In this document: positions 38,430 to 50,975 of the stretch, piece after piece
How positions within the stretch are numbered: the first letter of the stretch is position 1
Layout of the letters: each line of letters opens with the position of its first letter
From: Eledone cirrhosa
Lineage: Eukaryota
Length of the DNA: 64,000 nucleotides
Direction: 5' to 3'
Assembly: GCA_964016885.1 (NCBI GenBank)
Contig: OZ024754.1
Location: 37,014,001-37,078,000 of the forward strand
Position numbers and translations under genes: made by a program
The notes under the pieces: generated by a model
Seen by the model: only the letters and a program-made list of their open reading frames with translations
Told to the model about the DNA's origin: nothing
The model's database searches: none

Positions 38430-39490
38430 GAAATGGACAAAAATTGGCATTGTGGTGTTATCAAATACCTGCAAAAAAAGGGTTTAGCCCCCAAGGACAT
38501 TCATGCTGACATCGTTGCTACATTAGAGGATGATGCTCCAGCTTTAACAACAATGCAAAAGTGGGCAGCTGAATTTAGGAGGGAAGGAAGAGTCTTGAAG
38601 ATGACCCAAGTCTGGACATCCTGCAACTACCACCACCGAAGAAAACATTGGTCTTGTTCACCACATGGTGATGGATGACAGGTGATTGACTATAAATCAA
38701 ATAGCGAATGCTATTAACATATCCCTTGAGAGAGTTGAGAATATTCTGCTCAATCAACTTGGCATGACGAAGATTTCTGCTTGGTGGGTGTCACATCTTC
38801 TGACATCTGATCAAAAGCAAACCAGGCTAATCACATCACGGTAAAATCTGACATTGTTTGAGGCAGATCCATCTGGTTTCCTTGAACGTTTCCTAACCCA
38901 GGATGATTGTTAAGTTCATCACTTGGAACCAGAGACAAAGAGACAATCCATGCAATGCAAACACTCCTCTTCAACTGCCCCAAAGAAGGCCAAGGCTGTT
39001 TCATCTGCAGGGAAGGTGATGGCCCCTGTTTTCTGGGATTGACTACCTTCAGACTGGCCACACTATCTATGGAGAGTACTGGGCCAAGTTGTTGAGACAG
39101 TACCAAAAGGCTATCAAAACCAAACATTCAGGAAAACTGATGAAAGCGTCTCTTTTCATCTGGACAATGTTCCAGCTCACATTTCCTTGGTTTCAATGGC
39201 TGCTGTGTGTGACTGTGGCTTTGAACTGGTTAATCACTATTTTCCTGATTTGGTCCCATCTGATTATCTTTTGTTCTCCCATACACAAAACAAACACTTG
39301 GCTGGGAACCAATATTACAGTGAGGATGAAGTCGTGACCTTTTTACTAACAGGATGAAAGCTTCTTCACCATTGGGACCCACGTACTGCAACAATGGTGG
39401 AAGAAGTGTGTGGACTGCTGGGGGAATTATGTTGAAAAATAAACTTCAATTCCATGAGAATATCTTGGTTAGCCTATGAACTTTTCAATT
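38430..39490 (+). mobile_element. Decayed Tc1/mariner transposase
   Basis: Frame-broken mariner motifs: VIKYLQKKGLAPKDIHAD..ATL.DDAP, QKWAAEF, a WVPHLL-like block, FLTQD, a HxDNAPAH-like block and a DLxPSDY-like block. Many stops and indels. Confidence 0.88.
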
Positions 39491-39795
39491 GGTGGCATAC
39501 ATATATACATGATGGCTGCCCCCTCGTTATCGAGTATGGCCATTGCACAATATAACATTATTAACAATTCTCAATAATGCTATCGTGCACTGCGTGTGCG
39601 TAAAGATTTTTTTTAAAGTGAGGAAAGACTGTGCACTGAGCCAATCTCACTCTCTGAGCAACAGTAGCTATAACCCGAAAATCCAGCCTGATTATTTCTA
39701 TGACCCCACACATATACATACACATGCATACATGTATATACATACATACATACATACATATATATAGTTATGTAATAAACAACATAAGGCAATTA

Positions 39796-39856
39796 TTTCA
39801 TTTACCAGTGGTTTCTTAAAAGCAAAAAAATTTTGCTTTCAATCATCAGAATGAAA
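39796..39856 (-). ncRNA. Type-I hammerhead ribozyme (left arm of foldback)
   Basis: Reverse complement TTTCATT-CTGATGA-TTGAAAGCAAAA...TTTTGCTTTTAA-GAA-ACC-ACT-GGT-A-AATGAAA. Confidence 0.8.
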
Positions 39857-39930
39857 AAATCCTGACGTATTTATTGACGTTGGATTTAAAAACCTTTTAA
39901 AATCCAACGTCAATAAATACGCCAGGATTT

Positions 39931-39991
39931 TTTCATTCTGATGATTGAAAGCAAAATTTTTTTGCTGTTAAGAAACCACTGGTAAATGAAA
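39931..39991 (+). ncRNA. Type-I hammerhead ribozyme (right arm of foldback)
   Basis: TTTCATT-CTGATGA-stem II-GAA-ACC-ACT-GGT-A-AATGAAA, with a 7-bp stem I and a GUA triplet. Confidence 0.8.
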
Positions 39992-40640
39992 TAATTGCCT
40001 TATGTTGTTTATTACATAACTATTAAGCTCTGTTACCTACATAGAGCACGCTTTTTTCCTGGACTTTTCCGACGGAATTACTTCATTTACACATATATAT
40101 ATATGTACAAATATAATTTCAGTGAAATCGTATTTCGACTGTGGTCAAAAATAAAGCGAAACGCAATTTTCGAGATATGCGGCAAGCATACATGTATATA
40201 CATATTTACACATATATACACATACACATATGTGTGTGTGTTTATCACATATAAATTTTGTTTTATTTTCTTTTAATTTCATTAACATAATCTAATTAGC
40301 TGAAGTACTCTCTCCATCTGGGTTAATTTTCACTTATTCAGGTGTAAAATGTGTTAAGTAATTGTAGCACCTACTTCAGTAATTTACTTCTAAATACCTT
40401 AAAAAGACCTGATGGTCATGGATGGAAGGCTTTTAACTAGAGGTTTATTCACTGAATGTTGGTCTGTTCCTCAGCCACAATACAGGAAACCTATCCTATA
40501 TCAGTTGACTTGTTGGAATTTTTTGTTATTAAAATATAAACATTTGTAGTTTTTTTTTTCATTTCTCAACTTCAACACTTTTTAAATAATTTAATTAATT
40601 TTTTTTTTTTTTTGTAAAGATATAATGTTTATTTGTGTGT

Positions 40641-40859
40641 TTAACCCTTTAGCATTTGAACCGGCCAAAATTCTCTCACCTCTTTCTGTTCAAATTGGCT
40701 GTAACTGGTTGCTCATACTGATGTTAAGGTATTGTTCTCAAAATAAATAATATCAAAATCTCATAGATTCGATATTATGTGAAATAATTATGTGAGGTAA
40801 ATCCTTTACCGTGAAGATATAATAGTATATATAGAGTAATGTAAATGCTAAAGGGTTAA
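40641..40859. mobile_element. piggyBac-type TTAA MITE (multi-copy family)
   Basis: TTAACCCTTTAGCATTT...AAATGCTAAAGGGTTAA. Further full or partial copies near 9083, 27345, 38240, 45511, 46639, 47482, 49120, 60405, 61235 and 63455. Confidence 0.85.
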
Positions 40860-40949
40860 ATATTTTCTCTTTCTTACTAATCATGCTTATGGAAGTAAAT
40901 CTAATCCATATGTCACCACTATAAATGAAACTTAAGGTTCAGTCCGCCT

Positions 40950-41135
40950 CGTGGTCCTGGCTGACAGTATGAATGAAATCATTGCTCCAGAGGATGGCAA
41001 GAGAGACATACAAGAACAGCCACTCCACCTTGCTGGGCTCACAAATGTGAGAAGCCAACTACACTCTGATAGCAGTGAGTAGGGATGTGGTCTGGGTGCC
41101 AAGAATATCAGAAGTCTCCACTGCCACAAACCTAT
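40950..41135 (-). mobile_element. Decayed CRE-like non-LTR retrotransposon, restriction-like endonuclease end
   Basis: Reads FVAVETSDILGTQT...EWLFLYVSLAILWSN, resembling the P(I/V)AVET.G...QR(L/I)S(L/I)A(I/V).RGNA C-terminus. Confidence 0.55.
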
Positions 41136-42327
41136 CAGACGTAGTTATATTTTATTTATTCTTTGAATATATATATATATTAAATGAAGAAATATACATA
41201 TCTCTACATACGTATAGATACAAGTATAGATATATACATACATACATACAGGGTGTCCAACTTATACTGAGTTTGGTTCAATGAAATAGTTAATAAAATT
41301 AACTGATTCAGAGCCTAATAATATCAAATATATCCAGGCCGAAACAAATGAGATCGTGTAGGTGTCACGACAAAAAAGCACACAGTCCACGCTGTAAATG
41401 TGGCCGTGTAGGCAACACGGTAAAAACCTCCCAGCCCCACACTGTAAATGTGGTTGGTGTTAGGAAGGGCATCCAGCTGTAGAAAACCCGCCAGACAGTC
41501 CACGCTGTAATGTGGCCGTGTAGGCAACACGGTAAAAACCTCCCAGCCCCACACTGTAAATGTGGTTGGTGTTAGGAAGGGCATCCAGCTGTAGAAAACC
41601 CGCCAGACAGTCCTATGCGAGCAAGACAACCACTCTTGCCTCAAATGGGAAAACCCCCGTCCAAACCCATGCAAGCGTGGAACACGGACGCTAAACCTGA
41701 TGATGGAAAAAGCAAACAAGTTAAGAAAAATATCTTTATCTACTTACTTTAATGTCCCTACTGTAGTTTCATTAGGAACATAACAGTATCTGAATGGAAA
41801 ATCGCAAGAAATCCCAAATCATCAGGAGACTTTCTCTGTCCAGAAATAAAATTCAAGGCAAGAGTTCTGAGCCGTTCGTTGTCAGTGAAGATTTCAAATG
41901 AAAGAACTATCACATGACAAGTGGTCAGCAGGAGGGTAACATAGTGGACTATGGTAGGCAGCATGCTACTAGAAAGTAGTCCGATTCTGCCAAATTTTTA
42001 CTCTAACAAGTATAGATATATACATACAGGATGAAATGGATAAAGATCCCATAACTCCTTGTGGAGTCGTAGAGGCACTGTCATACAGCGTGTCTAGGGC
42101 ACTTTTAAACTTGGGGGAGCCCAACCCTCTCCAGGTCTGAACACAGCCGATTTTTTCTATAGAGGAAGAATCGACCCCGGTATTAGACTGGTACTTTTTT
42201 TTATCGACCTCGAAAGGATGAAAGGCAAAGTTGACCTCGACGAGAATTGAACTCAGAGTGTGCAATGAGATGGGATGAATACTGTAAAGCATTCTATTTG
42301 ATGTCTTAACGACTCAGACAATTCGCC

Positions 42328-42365
<38 letters not shown>

Positions 42366-42543
42366 CAGTAGAAGGAAGACCACGAAAAACATGGGTGGAG
42401 GTGGTGAGAGCAGACCTCAGATCGCTGAAGCTCATGGAGGAGATGACAAAGGACCATGACGAATGGAGAGATCCCATGCTTAATAAGACCCATCGCACCC
42501 TTGCAAGCAGGGAAGAGTGGACGTAAAATGATGATGATGACAC

Positions 42544-42585
<42 letters not shown>

Positions 42586-42588
<3 letters not shown>

Positions 42589-42965
42589 AACAGCGATGTT
42601 GCATGGTAGTGAGACCTGGGCGCTGAAGGTGGAAGACTTACGTAAATTAGAGAGAAACGAAGCCTGCATGCTCCGATGGATGTGTAACAGTAATATACGT
42701 GAACGACAAAGTATAAATGAATTGAGAGAAAGACTGAGCATAAGAGGAATCAAATGCTGTGTGCAAGAGAGGCGGCTGCACTGGTATGGACATGTGATGC
42801 GTATGAAGGATGACAGCTGCATAAAAAGGTGCAGAGCACTAGAAGTTGATGGAAACCGCGGAGTGGGGAGACCCAAGATGACCTGGGATGAGGTGATAAA
42901 AGCCGACCTTACCTAATTACACCTCTCAAAGACAATGACACACGACCGTGACTTCTGGCGTCACG
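42586..42965 (+). mobile_element. RTE-clade LINE 3' fragment (second 3' end at 42363-42540)
   Basis: MLHGSETWA, MLRWMC, RRLHWYGHVMRM and GRPKMTW. The adjacent copy has GRPRKTW and a (TGA)n tail. Confidence 0.9.
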
Positions 42966-43499
42966 CAGTAATACAGAGTACCCGACCTCCCATGGGTACA
43001 AGCTGAAGCATATAGACAATATGCCCCCATCGCAAGGTGGTCGTGGAGGTGCCACGGCAAAAAAGCACCCAGCCCACACTGTAAAGTGGACGTGTAGGCG
43101 CCACGAAAAAGCACCCAGCACTCACTGTAAATGAGGTTGGTGTTAGGAAGGGCATCCAGCTGTAGAAATCAAGCCAAATCAGTTCCTGTATGAGCAAGGC
43201 ATGGTCAGCCAACCAGACACTGCCCACAACAGGACAACCCGTCTAACCCATGCTAGCGTGGAAGAACGGACGTAAAACGGTGATGATGATGATGATGATA
43301 TATACACTTACAAAAAAAAATATTTATATACCAATATATTATATATATATATATATAAATGAAACCATTTATTCTTTGAAATTGAAATTATTAAAAGAAA
43401 ATATATAAGAATACTCAATCATCGCTGTGATAGGAGTCTGGACAATGTGGGGCAATCGTCTATAGCTTGCTTAACTCAAGGCACAAACCGACACGTGTT

Positions 43500-44000
43500 C
43501 CCAGCGTATAGAATGGACAAAGCGTTACCTCAGAGGATAGCAAGGGAGATGTATTGATATAGTTATTCCAGCCCAGTCCATGTGGCTCACTCATGTGTGT
43601 GGACAAATCGTTCCCTATAGCAGTGAGTAGCGGGGGTGATTCGAGGACCAAGAAGGCCAAATATCTTCAACAACATACTGTATTTCCCGGCGCCGAAGAC
43701 GCTTCGTCCTCGAGGACGCACCCTAATTTTGACAACCAAAAATTTGAAAAAAAATAATAAACAGCCTTCGGCCTCTAGGACGCATGGTAGATTTTTGAGA
43801 CTTATTTTAGGGAAAAAGTAGCGTCTTCGACGTCAGGAAATACGGTACCTATCAGAAATAGGCTGATATTTCAACAGCTTGTTGTGTCGGCCCTCATGCA
43901 CTACTGGTCTCAACGTCGGCTTTCCTTCGCATCTGAAGCTGGTGGAGTTGGCAACAGGTTAGATGGCACCACGTGCTTCCCGTTTTGCAATGATAAGCCA
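43500..44000 (-). mobile_element. Second decayed CRE-like fragment, interrupted by a MITE
   Basis: Reads KLLKYQPISDRY, then PLLTAIG, then YQYISLAIL*GNALSI. Confidence 0.55.
43676..43847. mobile_element. pogo/Tigger-type MITE (TA target)
   Basis: TIRs TACTGTATTTCCCGGCGCCGAAGACGC and GCGTCTTCGACGTCAGGAAATACGGTA. Confidence 0.8.
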
Positions 44001-44719
44001 CTCCTTTAAGACACAACATATAGCGACACTGTTTCCCCTAACAACCTGGTGCATTCAGCAATAGACCTGAAGATCACAAGTTCTTGATGTACCAGCCGTT
44101 TTCATATAGGTTTGTCGTTGAATCTGTAGCTGTGGAGACTTGCAGCATTCTTAGTCTTCGTACCACCTTCTTACTCAGTGCTGTCGTGGTGGAGTGGGCC
44201 ACACGTAAAATGTATAATTACTATTTTTTATTTTTTAAAGTGAGAATCGATGGGAGATAACTACTACATAAATTGAGTAAGGAAGCCCTCACGAGTGATT
44301 TCCCTTTTTTAAGGCACTTTTGTCAAGAATTAAATATCTTAGTCCTGGGGTAAATATCTATTTACGGAGTAAATTTCAAAATTCTGGATTTGTACATTTG
44401 TTTTCTCAATTATAGTTATAAACAACCACAAGTTGAATGTAAATGTTGTAGTATAATTTCTGCTATTTTGGACTTAATGTTCTGTATGAATCTCATTGAT
44501 CGATGTAACTCTTAATTTGGTCCTAGTACCAATATCTGTTCACCTTAACTCACTGTATTTAGTCCTAGAACCAGTATCTGTTCATCACTATCTATTCAGC
44601 AATTTAGTGGAAGGGAAAATTCGATTCTATCGACCCCAGTACTGGGACTTCATTTTATCAATCCCCAGAAGGATGAAATGCTAAGTTAAGCATTGGAGCG
44701 ATTTGAACTCAAAACAACT

Positions 44720-45045
44720 ACTGCAAAGTCAAGAAAGAGCACAGCTTCCATGACTTTCAGAAACATTTTTTCACGCTCAGAGTTGCTGAAGCATGGAACA
44801 AACTACCTGCATCAGTTGTTAGCTGCTGGGACACTGCATCCTTTAAAACCTCCATGCTTCCTGAAATTCGCCAACATTACACCTGATATTCCGCCTCCAT
44901 ACACACGCACACGTATATCATGACTAATACACTGTTCACTTTCCTGACATTTGTAGATTATTTTATGTACTATACATGCACCTTTGATGAGTTGTAGTGC
45001 ACCTGAGCACTGTACACAATAATTTCATTATTATTATTATTATTA
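44720..45045 (+). mobile_element. CR1-like LINE 3' end with (ATT)n tail
   Basis: FFTLRVAEAWNKLPASVV...SFK motif. Other copies at 58640-58895, 36753-37110, 14170-14320 and 37885-38180 (minus). Confidence 0.8.
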
Positions 45046-47602
45046 AAAAAGCATTTTGTCTGAGGCTCTAAGAAGTCTTCCAACACACAGCCCCTCAGCT
45101 CTTAATAATAATGGTTTCTGATTTAGGTACGAGGCCAACAATTTTAGGGGAGGGGAAAGTCAATTAAATCGACCCCAGTGCATTACTGGTGCTTTATTTT
45201 ATCAACCCTGTAAAGATGAAAGGCAAAGCTAACCTCGGTGGGATTTGAACGCAGAATGTAAAGGGTTGTAACTATATGCAACAAAGAATGTTGTCTAATG
45301 CTCTATCTATACTGCCAATGAAATAATTAATAATAGTTTCTGCTTTTGACAAAAGGCCAGCAATTAGAAGAGAAGAGGAAAGCTGATTAAATCAACCCAG
45401 TGCATTACTGGTACTTTATATTATTGATACTGTAAGGATGAAAGGCAAAAGGTAACCTTGGCCACTAATTTGGGTGAGGGGAAAATTGATTAAATAGACT
45501 GGTACTTTATTTAACCCTTTAGCATTTAAACCAGCTGTATCCAGCCAGAATTCTCTCACCTCTTTCTGTTCAAACTGGCTGTAACCAGCTGCTCATACTG
45601 ATGTTAAGGTGTTGTTCTCAAAATCTCATAGATTCGATATTATGGGAGATAATTATGTGAGGTAAAGCCTTTACTGCGAAAATACAATAGTATATATAAA
45701 TTGTTTCTACTTTAGGCACAAGGCCAGCAAATACCCAGTGCATTACTGGTACTTTATTTTATCGACCCCGTAAGGATGAAAGGCAAAGTCAACCTCGGCG
45801 GGATTTGAACTCAGATCGTAAAGGGACGTAACTATGCTGGAAAGCATGGCATCCAACCCTCTACCGATACTGCCAATAATACCAAAATAGTATATATAAA
45901 TTAATGTAAATGCTAATGGGTTAATCGACCCCAAAAGGACGAAGAGCAAAATTAATAATATTAAAGATATCCTGGCCGAATTTACTCTCGGAAATAAGAA
46001 GAACCAGGGCCGCCGCTAGGAGCTTTGGATTTGGTGTACTTCATATTTGTTTCGGTTGCTGAATACAATCAGGGGTCGCTGCTTCTCCTGAAGGTCAATA
46101 GTTCTCTTCTAACTCGAGCGGGAGCCCCTTTCCATTCTCAATTTGCATTGATCATCTGCAAAGCCGCATTGTTCTCAGAACCACTACACCAGTCTTTCGA
46201 TGCGTGCAGCTGGAACTACTGCCACCCATTTCTACAGCTGAGTAAACTGGAGCAATGTGAAATAAAAGTGTCTTGCTCAAGGACACAACATATCACCCGG
46301 TCCGAGAATCGAACTCACAACCTTTCGATTGCAAGCCCAATGCACTAACCACTAAGCCATGCGCCGCAAGATAAAAAGTCCACAAATGTGGTCAATATCA
46401 CTTCACAACAACATAATCCCAGTTGTCATCGGAGGGTATTGCTATCATCATTGTCATTTTAATGTCTGCTTTCCCTGCTAGTAAGGGTGTTAAGCAAATA
46501 GACCCCAAATCCCAAATTGCTCTCCTATAAAAGACTGCTCTGTAATTCACTGTACTTAGGAAAGTATTATCTGTCTAAGGCAGAGGTGTAGCTGGGCATG
46601 GGCCATGGGTGCCACTTGGACTAAGGAGCCCTTTCTATTAACCCTTTAGCTTTTACATTATTCTATATTTACTACTGTATTTTCACGGTAAACACTTTAT
46701 CTCACATAATATCGCATCTATGAGACTTTGATATTTTGTATGTTGAGAACAATACCTTAACTTCAGTATGAGCAGCCGGTTATGGCCAGTTTGAACAGAA
46801 AAAGGTGAGAGAATTCTGGCCGGTTAAAAGTCAGATAAGCCTTTGATTATTATCATGGCTTACGGCGGTGGATTGGCAATATGGGTAGATAAAATGAAGT
46901 ACCAGTCACACACTGCAGTCGATTTAATCAACTTTCCCCTCTCCCCAAATTACTGGCCTTGTGCCTATACTAGAAATCATTATTATCATGGCAGAAAAAA
47001 GCACTATAGTGGCTGGATCATTAAACCATTTATATAAATTATTAGGCCTCCACAAGTAAAAATACCGTACTGAGAACTTCATGACCATATAGTATGGCTT
47101 GTCAAATATTTTAATAGGGTCTAATATTTGTCAAAGATCAGCATTACTCATGTTTGGGAAGGGGTGCAATTTCACTAGTTGCCAGAGGCACTATTTTTCC
47201 TAGTTAAGCCTCTGGTCTAAGGTCCTTGTTGGGACTGGACAGGCAACAGAAAATCCAATAATTATCATATTTATTGTGTAAACTATGTATAACAATAATT
47301 GTTTCTAACACTGGCACAAAGCCAGTAATTTGGGATAAAGGGGAAAGTCAATTACATCAACCCCAGTATTTGACTGGTACTTTATTTTATCGACCCTGGA
47401 AGGATGTAAAACAAAGTTGACCTCTGGCAGGATTTGAACTCAGAATGAAAAGAACCGAAATGATAATATGATAAGCTTCATTTAACCTTTTAGCATTTAA
47501 ACGAGCCATATCCGGCCAAGATTCTCTCACCTCTTTCTGTTTAAACCAGCTGTAACTGGCTGCTCATACTTATGTTAAGGTATTGTTCTCTAAATAAATA
47601 AT

Positions 47603-47780
47603 TGTTTCTACTTTAGGCACAAGGCCTGCAATTACCCAGTGCATTACTGGTACTTTATTTTATCGACCCCGTAAGGATGAAAGGCAAAGTCAACCTCGGC
47701 GGGATTTGAACTCAGATCGTAAAGGGACGTAACTATGCTGGAAAGCATGGCGTCCGACCCTCTACCGATACTGCCAATCC
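47603..47780 (-). mobile_element. tRNA-derived SINE nested in a TTAA MITE (47482-47885)
   Basis: A-box TGGCAGTATCGGTAGA and B-box GAGTTCAAATCC on the minus strand, with a 10-bp TSD AATAAATAAT. A similar nested copy lies at 45703-45885 with TSD AATAGTATATATAAATT. Confidence 0.85.
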
Positions 47781-47968
47781 AATAAATAATATCAAAATCT
47801 CATAGATTTGATATTATGTGAGATAAAGCCTTTACCGTGAAAATACAGTAGTAAATATAGAGTAATGTAAATGCTAAAGGGTTAATCTGTTTTATTGCAA
47901 ACATCATTTGATTTTCTTATCATTTGCATAAATAAGGTGAGGGATGTAGGACAAAGATATGATGTAGT

Positions 47969-48042
47969 TTATTCATAAAAGTCGAAATCAATGGTATCAT
48001 CATTCATAGGTTGTTTGTTCGGTGACTGTTCCACAGATGAAC
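47969..48042 (-). CDS. KIZ: Kizuna-like terminal coding exon
   Basis: CTTTCAG| acceptor, phase 1. Encodes SSVEQSPNKQPMNDDTIDFDFYE*, similar to the acidic DDxDDFYD* C-terminus of Kizuna. Confidence 0.75.
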
Positions 48043-49484
48043 CTGAAAGAGAACATAGAGAAAATATTTGAGAGACACAGTATCAGTTAGCTAAACAAGG
48101 TTTATCATTGTATTTATATATGTTTGCCTTCAAGTGAACACACATGGCTTAGTGATTAGGCAGTTGGATTTACAGTCGTGAGATTGTGAGTTCAATTCCC
48201 AAGCTGAGTGATGTATTGTGTCCATGAGCAAGACAATTTATTTCATGTTGCTTCTTCTGTCAAGAGTTACAACTGGTAGATAGTATCAATAATTGGAAAG
48301 AACAATGGAAACATTGTTTCCTTGGTCCGATCTGATGAGTACCATCCCACTCAGTAAGCAAATAAAGTCTGAGATCTTGTCAATTTGGATTAAATATATA
48401 TATATATATATATAAAAGCACCCAGTCCACACTGTAAAGTGGTCGTGTAGGTGTCATGACAAAAAGCACCCACACCACACTGTAAAGTAGTAGTGTAGGT
48501 GTCACAACAAAAAGCACTCAGTCCAAACTGTATATGAGGTTGGTGTAAGGAAGGGCATCGAGCAGTAGAAACAAAGCCAAAATCAGTTCTGTATGAGCAA
48601 GATATGGTCAGCTGACATAGAATTGTTCACAACAGGACAACTCATCTAACCCATGCCAGCATAGAAAAATGGACGTAAAAGGATGATGATGATGATATAT
48701 ATATATATGTCTGTGTTATTGTCTTTGTTTATGATGTAGAATAGCTCTGGTCAGCTTTCAATGAGTCAATCTACATTATAGTTGTTGTTGTTGTTGTTGG
48801 TGTTGTATAGTCTGAGGTCAGCCTTAATGAAGTAGATCTAAAATAAAATGCAATCCAGCCATGTCCTTTTGTATGCCAGGGACTACATTATCATCATCAT
48901 CATTTTACGTCTGCTTTTCCCTGCTTGCAAGGGTGGGACGGGTCCTATTCAGCACAGCATCTCCCCATTCGTCACGGTCCTTCGTGATGATGATGATGAG
49001 GGAGGTTTGGCTGCTATTTCTAGTAACAATGTACTGGCTTCCTTATTAACTTAAGGCATTTATTTAGACAAAGCCTATACTCAATGTTCTTACACTCCCT
49101 TCTCTGTAAGAACCTAGATTTAACCCTTTAATGTTCAAACCGGCCAGAATTCTCTACCTCTTTCTGTTGAAACTGGCTGTAACTGGCCACTCAAACTGAT
49201 GTTAAGGTATTGTTCTCAAAATAAATACTTTCAAAATCTCATAGATTCGATATTATGTGAGATAATTATGCAAGGTAAAGCCTTTACCATGAAAATATAA
49301 TAGTTTATATAGAGTAATGTAAATGCTAAAGGCTTAAAAAAAGCCACCATCAAATGTATCAGCTACATGACCAAACTAATACCCAATTTACCTCCTTCGC
49401 ATGAACATGACCCATTTAAAAATCCAAACAAAATTATCTCCAAATTCTTGTGTTCAATTACAGAGAGGTTAGTAAGATCCTTAC

Positions 49485-49516
49485 TTTGTGTTTCATCAGT
49501 TATTGGATGATGTGCA
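49485..49516 (-). CDS. KIZ: Kizuna-like 32-nt microexon
   Basis: TTGCAG| and |GTAAGG, phase 2-1. Encodes AHHPITDETQ and exactly bridges the phases of the flanking exons. Confidence 0.62.
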
Positions 49517-49977
49517 CTGCAATAATAACAAGAGATGAATAAATATTAGATGAAACTGGAATGTCAAAATATTTGCAGAGTCAAAGAGTAGTAGTCAAGG
49601 AGAAACAGGATGTTGTGATGTTAATGCCTTTTCCAACGCCATAAGCAATGTAAGGGAATCAGTTCGATTCAACCAACAGTCAAATATTGGGTCAAGTATG
49701 AAATTTGTAAAAAAAAAAACAAATTTCTACAAATTTCACACTTGACGACACCATACATGCTACAGATTACATTATCCAGTATAATCATCCACTTTTAGAA
49801 TAGTAGGGGAAAGTCAAAAGGTGATTCAGCTGCTCTTTCTAGCAGGTGACCATGTGACTGGGAGAAGCTCCAGACTGGAGAGTGAAGAAGATACAAAGTG
49901 GCCAGACTTGTCATACTGCATCTCTTATGGTGAAGTACAACATGTTGCAGCATGAGGCAGCAGCTTGAGCTAACTAA

Positions 49978-50812
49978 AGATGTGGTGCATCTGGAGAGGT
50001 GGTATAACTGGAGATATTGTACATCTGGAGACGTGATATATCTAGAGATGTAGTATATCTGGAGATATGGTGCATCTGGAGATGTGGTATAACTGGAGAT
50101 GTGATATATCTAGAGATGTAGTATATCTGGAGATATGGTGCATCTGGAGATGTGGTATAACTAGAGATATTGTACATCTGGAGACATGATATATCTAGAG
50201 ATGTAGTATATCTGGAGATATGGTGCATCTGGATATGTGGTATAACTGGAGATGTGATATATCTAGAGATGTAGTTTATCTGGAGATGTGGTATAACTGG
50301 AGATATTGTACATCTGGAGATGTGATATATCTAGAGATGTAGTATATCTGGAGATGTGGTATAACTGGAGATATGGTATATCTGAAGATACAGTACATCT
50401 GGAGATATGGAATATCTGGAGATGTGGTATAACTGGAGATATGGTATAACTGGAGATATTGTACATCTAGAGATGTGATATATCTAGAGATGTAGTATAT
50501 CTGGAGATATGATATATCTGGAGATATGGTATAACTGGAGATATTGTACATCTGGAGACGTGATATATCTAGAGATCTGTTATATCTGGATATGTGGTAT
50601 AATTGGAGATATGGTATATCTGGAGATGTAGTATATCTGGGGATGTAGTATATCTGGAGACTGGAGATATTGTATATCTGGAGATATAGTATATCTGGAG
50701 ATATGGTATATCTGGAGATGTGATATATCTAGAGATGTAGTATATCTGGAGACTGGAGATATTGTATATCTGGAGATGTGGTATAACTGGAGATATAGTA
50801 TATCTGGAGACA
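49978..50812. repeat. Complex minisatellite of about 19-21-nt ..ATCTGGAGAT.. subunits
   Basis: Shuffled subunits GTAGTATATCTGGAGAT, GTGGTATAACTGGAGAT, GTGATATATCTAGAGAT and ATTGTACATCTGGAGA. Confidence 0.93.
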
Positions 50813-50975
50813 TACTTTTCAAGAATGTCTTGTTAATGTGCTTTCATTCGGTACAGGATGTTAAGGGTCAAACAACAACAGCCAGATCTGATAAGCCAAC
50901 AAGAGATCCTCTTTGAGATGGCTCAACCTGACAGAACTAGAAACAGGCCTGAAATCTCTCTCAAATCACTTACTT

